A stretch of DNA of 64,000 bases, taken from NCBI GenBank assembly GCA_964562445.1, contig CAZLSZ010000003.1, positions 693 to 64,692 of the forward strand. The letters are read 5' to 3'. Made by a program: the position numbers and the translations under genes. Shown here piece by piece: positions 56,441-64,000 of this stretch. Position 1 is the first letter of the stretch. Each line of letters starts with the position of its first letter. The stretch comes from an uncultured Gammaproteobacteria bacterium (GTDB lineage: Bacteria; Patescibacteriota; Microgenomatia; Levybacterales; UBA12049). Below the pieces are notes generated by a model. The model worked only from the letters and a program-made list of their open reading frames with translations. It searched no databases and had not been told where the DNA came from.

Positions 56441-56500
56441 AAGTCTATTGTACCATATTTGGGGTTTATTTTTATGTAATTCACTGCTACAATTAGGTCG

Positions 56501-58024
56501 ATGAAATTTGAATTAACCGATAAAGAAATACTCTCCCTTTCCTCAGATGCTGCCATTTTCTTCGCTTTTTCAGAAAAAAAAGGTAAGAAAACACGATACG
56601 AGCTCTGTGGCGAATCGGCAATAACTGATAAAAAGATAGTTGATGTCATTAAAAATGCCTGCGCTATGGAAAATTTTACCGGAAAACCAAGAGAGCAGAT
56701 GGTTATCCTGCAAGGTGAGGAGAGTTTATATTCACGAATTGTTGTGCTTGGTTTGGGAGAAAAAGAAGAATTTACGGTAAATGAACTTCGAAACGCGGGA
56801 GGGATTTTTTCCAAAAAGTATAAAAATAAAATAAATTCAGCATCTGTCTTTTTCCCTGAAGAAGTAATAAAACTGGGAGGATTGGATGTGCTGACGCAGG
56901 CATTTACTGAAGGGTTGTTATTGGGAGCGTATACATTTAATAAATACAAAAAGCAGGAGGAGCAGGAAAAGGTACTGGAAATTGTAATCGTCCATTATAA
57001 CGATAAAAAGGAAAAAGATATTTTGTATCAAAGTATAAAAAAGGCCGAATTATACGCGAAAGGGACAATGTTAGCCAGAGATTTGGTAAATGAGCCGGCA
57101 TATTTCGCAAATCCTGCATATTTAGCGGAATTGGCAAAAGATATCTCCAAGAAAAATCCCAAAACGCTTTCCTGCAAAGTATTTGATAAAACACAATGTG
57201 AGAAGATGGGGATGCAAGCATTTCTTTCTATTGCCCGCGCTGCAGGAGATGCTGTCTCGCCCAAGTTTATCGTCCTTGAGTATAATCCCGGAAAAACGTC
57301 CAAGAAAAAAGTCGCGTTGGTAGGGAAGGGGATAACTTTTGATAGTGGTGGCATCAATGTCAAACCTGATCCGCATATGACGGATATGAAATGTGATATG
57401 GCAGGTGCGGCAGCAGTACTCGGCGTTTTTTCCGTTATTTCCGAGCTCAAACCGGACTTTCCGGTCATGGGTATTATCGCCGCGACACCAAATCTCATTT
57501 CCGCAACATCCGCGGTCCCCGGGGATGTCGTAAAGGCGATGAATGGGAAGACAATTGAAATACTCAATACCGACGCTGAAGGCAGAGTGACACTCGCGGA
57601 TAGTTTGTCTTATGCCGTCAAGCATGGAGCGACGGAAATTATTGATCTCGCGACATTAACAGGCGCATGTATGGTCGCTTTGGGTGATGAAGTATCGGGA
57701 CTTTTTGTGAATAATCAGGATCTCGGACGGAAGATAAAAAGTGCTGCATATGATGCGGGGGAGAGAGTATGGGAAATGCCGCTTGAAAAAGGATATAAGA
57801 AGCTCAACAAAAGTGATGTGGCAGATATCGCCAACCTTTCCAGTAAACGATATGGTGGAGCAATTACCGCGGCGCTTTTTTTGGAAGCATTTGTGGATAA
57901 TCTTCCATGGGCGCATCTTGATATCGCAGGTCCGGCGTTTCTTTCTTCGCCAAGTGATGTTTCTCTCAAAGGAGGAACGGGGTTTGGGGTACGGACACTC
58001 CTCAATATGCTGCAGGAAAAGTAG
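56501..58024 (+). CDS. pepA: Leucyl aminopeptidase (M17 family)
   Basis: NTDAEGRVTLADSL signature and VGKGITFDSGG. Confidence 0.85.
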   Translation: MKFELTDKEILSLSSDAAIFFAFSEKKGKKTRYELCGESAITDKKIVDVIKNACAMENFTGKPREQMVILQGEESLYSRIVVLGLGEKEEFTVNELRNAGGIFSKKYKNKINSASVFFPEEVIKLGGLDVLTQAFTEGLLLGAYTFNKYKKQEEQEKVLEIVIVHYNDKKEKDILYQSIKKAELYAKGTMLARDLVNEPAYFANPAYLAELAKDISKKNPKTLSCKVFDKTQCEKMGMQAFLSIARAAGDAVSPKFIVLEYNPGKTSKKKVALVGKGITFDSGGINVKPDPHMTDMKCDMAGAAAVLGVFSVISELKPDFPVMGIIAATPNLISATSAVPGDVVKAMNGKTIEILNTDAEGRVTLADSLSYAVKHGATEIIDLATLTGACMVALGDEVSGLFVNNQDLGRKIKSAAYDAGERVWEMPLEKGYKKLNKSDVADIANLSSKRYGGAITAALFLEAFVDNLPWAHLDIAGPAFLSSPSDVSLKGGTGFGVRTLLNMLQEK

Positions 58025-58066
58025 TTGTCACCCCTGATCCTGCTTTGCCTGAGATGGATATCCCAC

Positions 58067-58241
58067 GTCATTCTGGCTTGTCCAGAATCTGATCCTGGAG
58101 TCCTCGTTCTACTCGTCCCCAGAATGACAAAAGAGAGATTCCCGATCAGGTCGGGAATGACATTTGTTATATCAGTCTTTAGTGTTATGTTTTGCGTTAT
58201 ATGAGATTGCCACTCCTGCAGTGCAGGAGCCTTGCAATGAC
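58067..58241. repeat. Cluster of REP-like units between pepA and efp, including a copy of the GTTTTGCGTTATATGAGATTGCCACTCC-hairpin-CTTGCAATGAC module
   Basis: Units at 58067..58093 (GTCATTCTGGCTTGTCCAGAATC), 58133..58161 and 58183..58241. The last unit aligns with 49141..49197. Confidence 0.7.
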
Positions 58242-58287
58242 ATTGGTTATTATTTTCGTGACAAGGGTGCCTCATGTATGCTAAAAT

Positions 58288-58848
58288 GTGCATATGATTT
58301 CAGTAACAGATTTACGCGCAGGCACAGCATATGAAGAAGACGGGCAGTTTTTGACCGTATTGTCATACGAACACATCAAAATGGGCCGCGGCTCTGCCAA
58401 CATCAAAGTAAAGGTCAAAAACATAAAAACAGGCACGATTGTCGAAAAAAGTTATATCAATGGTGCCAAAGTGCAGGATATCACTGTCCCCAAGAAAGAA
58501 ATGCAGTTTCTCTACAAAGATGATGAACTGGCATACTTTATGGACCCGCAGACATATGAACAAATTACCATCGCTCTTAAAACATTACCCGAACACATAT
58601 ATCTTAAAGATGGTATGACTCTTCCTATTAGTTTTTTGCAGGGTGAGCCGCTATCGCTTATTCTTCCCCCAAAAATGACATTTAAGGTAGTCGAGACCGC
58701 ACCGGGCGCTAAAGGAAATTCAGCTACCAATGTATTCAAAGATGCTGTCTTGGAAAACGGGATGACAACAAAAGTTCCATTATTTATCAATATAAATGAT
58801 GAAATACGTGTTGATACTCGAACGGGTGCCTATTCAGAAAAAGCTTAA
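58288..58848 (+). CDS. efp: Elongation factor P
   Basis: DLRAGTAYEEDGQFLTVLSYEHIKMGRGSANIKVKVKNIKTG over three OB-like domains. Probable true start at MISV (58294). Confidence 0.9.
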   Translation: MHMISVTDLRAGTAYEEDGQFLTVLSYEHIKMGRGSANIKVKVKNIKTGTIVEKSYINGAKVQDITVPKKEMQFLYKDDELAYFMDPQTYEQITIALKTLPEHIYLKDGMTLPISFLQGEPLSLILPPKMTFKVVETAPGAKGNSATNVFKDAVLENGMTTKVPLFININDEIRVDTRTGAYSEKA

Positions 58849-58850
58849 CC

Positions 58851-60098
58851 ATGAACTCAGACTTCCTACGGGTATTAACAGAAAAGTCTTTTTTATACCT
58901 TTGGATTGGTGAAATCCTTACTCAAGTCTCCACACATCTTTTTAATTTTTTTCTTATCATTCTTGTTTTTAAATTGACACAGTCAAACACTGCCGTATCC
59001 GGTGTCGTTATCTCATTTACTGTCCCTGCTATTTTATTTGGTTCTATCGCGGGGGTGTATGTGGATCATTGGGATAAAAAAAAGGTTATGATTGTGAGTA
59101 ATATCCTTCGCGGTGTTATCCTTTTGTTATTGAGCGCGACGATGAATTGGGTATTTATGGTATATTTTGCATGTTTTTTCTTTTCTGTTATCGCTCAGTT
59201 TTTCATCCCTGCTGAGAGTCCTATGATCCCCAAAGTTGTGAAAGAAGAATACCTCATGGCTGCCAACGCGCTTTTCGGGTTGGCAATTTTCGGTTCTATG
59301 CTTATTGCATATGTCCTTTCGGGTCCGTTATTGCTTCTGCTGCATCCTGTTAAGATGGGACTTTTTATCGCATTGTTACTTTTTATCAGCGCAGCTGTTA
59401 TTTCATTGATAAAGCCGAAATATAATCATCATAAAGATACACATGAAGAGAAAGAATTGAATATTTTTAAAGATCTCAGAAATACGTTTCGTGTGATGTC
59501 ACGGACAAAAGAAATTGTAGGTGCGCTTATGTTTCTGGCGCTTTCTCAAATTTTGGTGCTTATTTTGGCAGCAATTGCGCCCGGATACGCGACACAAATC
59601 CTCAAGATTCCCGTGGAAGAATTTCCGCTGATTTTTGTCGCTCCCGCAGCATTTGGTATGGTGATAGGAGCTATCATCATTGTAAATTTTCTGCGTTTTC
59701 GAAACCGAAATAAGATAATTACCATCGGGCTATTTCTTTCTGGTATTGCGATGATGCTCATGCCGTATGGTTCCAAAGTTGCCTCGAAAGATTTTGTGCA
59801 GTTCCTCAATACATTTCTTCCCGATATCACCACATTACATATCATGTCATTATTAGCCTTTGTATTGGGACTTGCAAACGCATTTGTTTTTGTCCCTGCC
59901 AACACGCTCCTGCAGGAAAAGACGCCGGAAGCATTACGTGGTAAAATATATGGGTTCCTGAGTACTATTGTCGGAGTGCTGTCTGTGCTGCCGATTTTGG
60001 TTGTCGGAGGATTATCTGATTTAATAGGAGTAGGCGCAGTTATTACCGGAATTGGCGTAATCTTATTTTTATTGGGGATAACGCAATTTTTTGTATAA
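58851..60098 (+). CDS. MFS transporter
   Basis: 12 TM helices and MFS-like inter-helix loops. Confidence 0.65.
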   Translation: MNSDFLRVLTEKSFLYLWIGEILTQVSTHLFNFFLIILVFKLTQSNTAVSGVVISFTVPAILFGSIAGVYVDHWDKKKVMIVSNILRGVILLLLSATMNWVFMVYFACFFFSVIAQFFIPAESPMIPKVVKEEYLMAANALFGLAIFGSMLIAYVLSGPLLLLLHPVKMGLFIALLLFISAAVISLIKPKYNHHKDTHEEKELNIFKDLRNTFRVMSRTKEIVGALMFLALSQILVLILAAIAPGYATQILKIPVEEFPLIFVAPAAFGMVIGAIIIVNFLRFRNRNKIITIGLFLSGIAMMLMPYGSKVASKDFVQFLNTFLPDITTLHIMSLLAFVLGLANAFVFVPANTLLQEKTPEALRGKIYGFLSTIVGVLSVLPILVVGGLSDLIGVGAVITGIGVILFLLGITQFFV

Positions 60099-60792
60099 TA
60101 TGGAATTTGTAGCATTAGCATTAGCGGGTATTATTTTTTTATATTCCTTATATAAATTGGTCAAAGACGACCATGTATTTATCCGCAAGGGAATTTCCTT
60201 GGAGCAGTCTTTTGATATTGCTTTTACTTGTTTATGGTTGGGTCTTATTATCTCACGATTATTTTTTCTTTTTTTCCAATATCCGGGCCAAAATATATTT
60301 CTTAATTTTTTCTCTTTAAAATATGCGGGATTTTCTCTGGTGGGCGCGATCATCGGAGCGATGATCGCGCTCTATTTCGTCAGCAAAGTGAAAAAATTAC
60401 CATTGGGAAGAATGGGAGATTTTTTGAGTTTATCGTTTCTCACAGCCTTGCCCATAGGGTATTTAGCCGGCGCGTTGATGCATATAAATACAAATATAAT
60501 TCATTTCGGCATCAGTACGGTAAGTTTTCTCATTTTGCTTCTTTTTTTCAGAAAATTTCTTTATCCCAAACTTCTCAATCGCTCAATACGTGAAGGAACG
60601 ATTACCATTCTTTTTCTTATGTTTTTTTCCTTTATTTCTTTGGCTACTGCTTTGATTAATGCGATTCGGACGATGCATATTATCATTACGGGTTCAAATA
60701 TAGCTGCTGCTGTGATGCTGATATTTATGATAATTCTTTTTTGGAAACAGGAAAAACCATTTTCAAAACATCGACGGACACTCCATCATTAA
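60091..60792 (+). CDS. Polytopic membrane protein, possibly prolipoprotein diacylglyceryl transferase (Lgt)-like
   Basis: 7 TM helices. The weak LPLGRMGDF block resembles the Lgt GRxGNF region. Low-confidence assignment. Confidence 0.3.
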   Translation: MYNMEFVALALAGIIFLYSLYKLVKDDHVFIRKGISLEQSFDIAFTCLWLGLIISRLFFLFFQYPGQNIFLNFFSLKYAGFSLVGAIIGAMIALYFVSKVKKLPLGRMGDFLSLSFLTALPIGYLAGALMHINTNIIHFGISTVSFLILLLFFRKFLYPKLLNRSIREGTITILFLMFFSFISLATALINAIRTMHIIITGSNIAAAVMLIFMIILFWKQEKPFSKHRRTLHH

Positions 60793-60794
60793 TT

Positions 60795-61565
60795 ATGAAT
60801 ACGCTTGCTGTTATATATGAAGACGATTCGCTGCTCGTTATTGATAAGCCTGCCGGTGTTATCGTCAATAAAGCGGATACGACACAGCATGTCGTCACTG
60901 TGCAGGATTGGGCAGAAGAGTATTTGGGATTGGAGAGTGGTATTGCGGATGTGTCAGATTTGCCGAAATTCGGTGAAGAAGGCTGGAATCCTGAGACAGA
61001 TTTTTATAGAAGAGGAGGCATCGTGCACAGGCTTGATAAAGAGACATCAGGGATTTTACTCATTGCCAAGACGCCAAGCTCTTTTGTAGAACTACAAAAA
61101 CAATTTCGGGAAAGAAATGTAAAAAAAGTATATCACGCGTTTGCGCATGGTGAAATTACGCCGCACGATGGAGAAATAAATGTACCTGTAGGACGATTGC
61201 CATGGAACAAGAAAAGTTTCGGTATCGTACCCGGCGGGAAAGAATCAAAAACGCTCTATCAGGTGCTGGATATATATACGGATGAAAAAACAAAAGAACG
61301 GTTGAGCCTGGTAGAATTATATCCTCAATCAGGTAGGACACATCAGATCCGTGTGCATTTAAAATATATAAACCATCCGATTTTTGCTGATTTTCTCTAC
61401 GCGGGGAGAAAGACATCCCGAAATGACCGCAAGCTTTTGGATCGTGTCTTTCTGCACGCGGCAAAAATATCGTTTGTTCACCCCGAGACAGGGGAGCATG
61501 TGACGTTTTCCGCTCCGTTACCTCAAGAATTATCTTCCTGTCTTGACCACTTCGTAAAGATATAG
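60795..61565 (+). CDS. RluA-family pseudouridine synthase
   Basis: LLVIDKPAGVIV and the catalytic-Asp block HRLDKETSGILLIAKT. Start placed at MNTLAV to avoid overlap with the upstream gene. Confidence 0.8.
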   Translation: MNTLAVIYEDDSLLVIDKPAGVIVNKADTTQHVVTVQDWAEEYLGLESGIADVSDLPKFGEEGWNPETDFYRRGGIVHRLDKETSGILLIAKTPSSFVELQKQFRERNVKKVYHAFAHGEITPHDGEINVPVGRLPWNKKSFGIVPGGKESKTLYQVLDIYTDEKTKERLSLVELYPQSGRTHQIRVHLKYINHPIFADFLYAGRKTSRNDRKLLDRVFLHAAKISFVHPETGEHVTFSAPLPQELSSCLDHFVKI

Positions 61566-61598
61566 TCTGTCGTTGGGAGTCTCCATTGAGAATGACGT

Positions 61599-62465
61599 AT
61601 GGTTTTTTCTTTGCATGTCGTGTCGTTTTGCGTTTATAATTACTATATGAGACGAAAATCTGTCCGAAAAGAAAAAGATTCGATGCGGATGCTCTACATA
61701 TACGCTTCTGTTGTCATTCTTCTTATCACTGTTTCTTTTACTATACGCTTGTTCACTCTTTTCCTTCAAAGTAAATTTGACGGACATCAGCATTTTTCCA
61801 TAGCAGTTACAAAAAATTCTGCTGTGAAAGAAGTTATTGCGTTCAGTCCGCAGATACCTTCTCTTGCTGTTCTTGAAGTTACCGATGCGAAACCTGTACC
61901 GCATCAAAGTTTGGCAAAGGAGTACGGGATTGCGACAGACGCGCACTTGGATGTGCAGGACGCAATTGATGTAAATAATGATGCCGGCGGCATGTTATGG
62001 AGCGCAGTTACACATTTTCATTCTGTAAAAACAGATATGACGATTGTGGACCTCATCCGTTTAGTGCTTATCTCGCATGATATCGTTTCAAATAACAAGT
62101 TAATCAGCGAAATTAATTTAGCAGGAATTAATCCCGATAATAATACACTTATCGCACGTGTGATGAATGATCCTTCTATAACCGCTGAGAACGTCAGTAT
62201 ACAGATTATTAATGCTTCAAAGGTTTCGGGTATGGGACAGCGGCTAGGGCGTGTTCTGACCAATCTGGGGGGTACTGTGGTGGACGTCACGACTTCATAT
62301 GAAGCAAAACCCACCTCATCGATACAATATTATGGAGATCAGACCTATACACTGCGAAAAGTTACCTCTCTGTTGGGTTTTCCCGTGACACAATTACAAA
62401 AGCAGACTATCGCAAATATTGTGATTATCCTTGGAGAAGATAGTATAAAAACTGAAAAATTTTAA
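61599..62465 (+). CDS. Membrane-anchored LytR_C-domain protein (LytR/CpsA/Psr C-terminal domain)
   Basis: N-terminal TM helix. C-terminal VSIQIINASKVSGMGQRLGRVLTNLGGTVVDV...YYGDQ is typical of LytR_C. Confidence 0.4.
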   Translation: MVFSLHVVSFCVYNYYMRRKSVRKEKDSMRMLYIYASVVILLITVSFTIRLFTLFLQSKFDGHQHFSIAVTKNSAVKEVIAFSPQIPSLAVLEVTDAKPVPHQSLAKEYGIATDAHLDVQDAIDVNNDAGGMLWSAVTHFHSVKTDMTIVDLIRLVLISHDIVSNNKLISEINLAGINPDNNTLIARVMNDPSITAENVSIQIINASKVSGMGQRLGRVLTNLGGTVVDVTTSYEAKPTSSIQYYGDQTYTLRKVTSLLGFPVTQLQKQTIANIVIILGEDSIKTEKF

Positions 62466-62595
62466 GTATGCAGATGGAAATAATCATCATTCTTGCCGGG
62501 ATATCGATAATACTTTCATTGATATCGCTTCATAGACAGACCAAACTTGAGGAAGTGAAAAAAGTAAAATATCATTTGAAGAAGGGAAAGGTGAT

Positions 62596-63270
62596 TTACG
62601 ACGCGTCTGACAAGCTTTCGGATTTCAACTGATGTCTTGCTTTTGCGTGAGCAATTGATAGTTTGGGTTTTTCCAAACTGCCTATAAAAGAAGGCTGATT
62701 TTTATATTTATTAATTCTTTTCGTCTCCCTAAGAAAGACCACAACTTTGCCGTTATCTGTTGTTCGTACATATGCTTCATATTCATTGCCTTCCGTGATA
62801 AATTTGATAAGCCGCTGTCCTATGTCATCAGGCAGCATCCCGATAAACTGGTCATCCGTATCATATGCAAATAATTTGCTTCGTTTAATTTTTAATTCGA
62901 GTTTTTCGCCTGACCTGAGATGCGCGAGCACTTTTTTATCAGTAATATTTATTAATTCAATTACTTTTGTTTTACCCGGCTCTTCGATAAAAAGATTACT
63001 GATAGTAATCGGCGCTTTTTTAACATTAAAATCATTTAATCGCTTCAGGTTTCTGATTGCGATGGGATTTTTCATATCCAGCATGAGTACTTTTTCATAG
63101 ACGGTTTTTGCTTCACCGGGATTTCCGTTACTCAAATGTGCAAATGCGAGACGATTAAGTGTATCAATATCATTGGGATCTTCCTGAAGAATTAATTGGT
63201 TAATATGAATTGCGTTATCCCAATCTCCTACAAGAGCGGTTTGGATTGCTTGAGCTTTGAGAGTTACCAT
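62596..63270 (-). CDS. TPR-repeat protein
   Basis: N-terminal TPR-like helical hairpins (GDWDNAIHINQLILQEDPNDIDTLNRLAFAHLSNGNPGEAKTVYEKVL). Confidence 0.4.
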   Translation of the reverse strand: MVTLKAQAIQTALVGDWDNAIHINQLILQEDPNDIDTLNRLAFAHLSNGNPGEAKTVYEKVLMLDMKNPIAIRNLKRLNDFNVKKAPITISNLFIEEPGKTKVIELINITDKKVLAHLRSGEKLELKIKRSKLFAYDTDDQFIGMLPDDIGQRLIKFITEGNEYEAYVRTTDNGKVVVFLRETKRINKYKNQPSFIGSLEKPKLSIAHAKARHQLKSESLSDAS

Positions 63271-63421
63271 AACGTAGGGCTTGATCGAAAGTAATTGTAC
63301 TTATATTTCTTGCCAAAGTCAATACATTCAAGGTATAATAACTCATGAAGAAAAAGGTATAGGGTATATTGTATCGCGTGTGAAGTATATTTCTATGTTT
63401 TAATTTCTTAGTTTTACGTTA

Positions 63422-64000
63422 TATGAGCGGACATTCTAAATGGGCAACAATTAAAAGACAAAAAGGGGCAAATGATGCCAAACGCGGACAAGCGTTCACA
63501 AAGCTTTCCAAAGCAATTACCATAGCGGTGCGTCAAGGCGGTGGTTCTCCTGACATCAATATGAATTTCAAGCTTCGACTTGCAGTGGAGGCAGCCCGAA
63601 CTGCCAATATGCCCAAAGATAATATCGAGCGGGCAATTGAACGCGCAAGCGGTAAACAGGCAGCAGATTTGGAAGAAACAGTATATGAAGGATTCGGGCC
63701 GGGAGGATTCAGTGTCGTTGTCGAAGCGCTTACTGATAATAAAGTACGTACTGTCGCAGAGGTAAAAAGTATTTTTAATAAAAACGGCGGCAATATGGGA
63801 GCGCAGGGCAGTGTGATGTACCAGTTTGAAAAAAACGGTGTCATTATCGTAAACAAAGAAGGGAAGACGTTAGATGATATTTTTATGATTGCAGCAGATC
63901 ACGGGGTCGATGATATTGAAGAGGCAGATGATGAGGTACTGCTTTATACCAAGCCTGACGAACTATCGAAAGTAAAAGATGCTGTAGAGAAAGAAGGATT
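63422..64000 (+). CDS. yebC: YebC/PmpR-family transcriptional regulator, 3'-truncated at the window edge
   Basis: MSGHSKWATIKRQKGANDAKRGQAFTKLSKAITIAVRQGGGSPDINMNFKLRLAVEAARTANMPKDNIERAIERASGK, the canonical YebC N-terminus. Not in the ORF track because no stop codon lies within the window. Confidence 0.85.

Noticed and set aside
62468-62632. 55-aa ORF (MQMEIIIILAGISIILSLISL...) after the LytR_C gene
   Set aside because: It is short, overlaps the 3' end of the convergent TPR gene, and has no conservation evidence. Recorded but not called.
1-64000. CRISPR array
   Set aside because: The repeats present are palindromic REP-like units with irregular spacing and no unique spacers of uniform length. 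No regularly spaced direct repeats and no cas genes were found.
1-64000. Alternative genetic code (UGA recoding) as in some CPR lineages
   Set aside because: TGA terminates well-supported genes at expected lengths (for example trhO at 2042..2044). Conserved proteins have normal lengths under table 11.

Overview
This is a gene-dense, low-GC bacterial chromosomal segment read with the standard code (TGA is a stop, e.g. trhO ends at 2042..2044). Housekeeping genes include rpsF-ssb-rpsR, rpmE-prfA, hisS, dnaB, murF-ddl-maf, efp, ychF, a tRNA-Leu(CAA), peptidases (CtpA, HtrA, PepF, PepA, PepP) and two P-type ATPases. Small proteins, a short RF1, minimal metabolism and many secreted or membrane proteins suggest a reduced-genome lineage, possibly CPR/Patescibacteria-like; this is inference only. 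Three things stand out. (1) A two-gene cassette, a Pol-beta-type minimal nucleotidyltransferase-domain protein followed by a calcineurin-like metallophosphoesterase, occurs twice as diverged paralogous copies (16873..18782 and 23479..25343). The copies bracket an accessory island carrying a Phd/Doc-type toxin-antitoxin pair, an HMA metallochaperone with a 40-nt perfect palindromic operator, an HTH-PAS-PAS histidine kinase, a KGG stress protein and a bPH membrane protein, plus a 50-bp direct repeat that marks rearrangement. (2) A family of REP/RPE-like palindromic repeat units (outer ATTGCG...CGCAATGAC or TCCC...GGAATGAC arms with variable but always self-complementary inner hairpins) is scattered in intergenic regions. 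It includes two ~130-nt composite copies and a cluster around the tRNA, and two units are inserted in frame inside ychF. (3) Two unusual proteins: a VKOR-domain fused to a class-2 dihydroorotate dehydrogenase, and a protein made of three tandem zinc-ribbon repeats. No CRISPR arrays, rRNA genes, integrases or transposases were seen.
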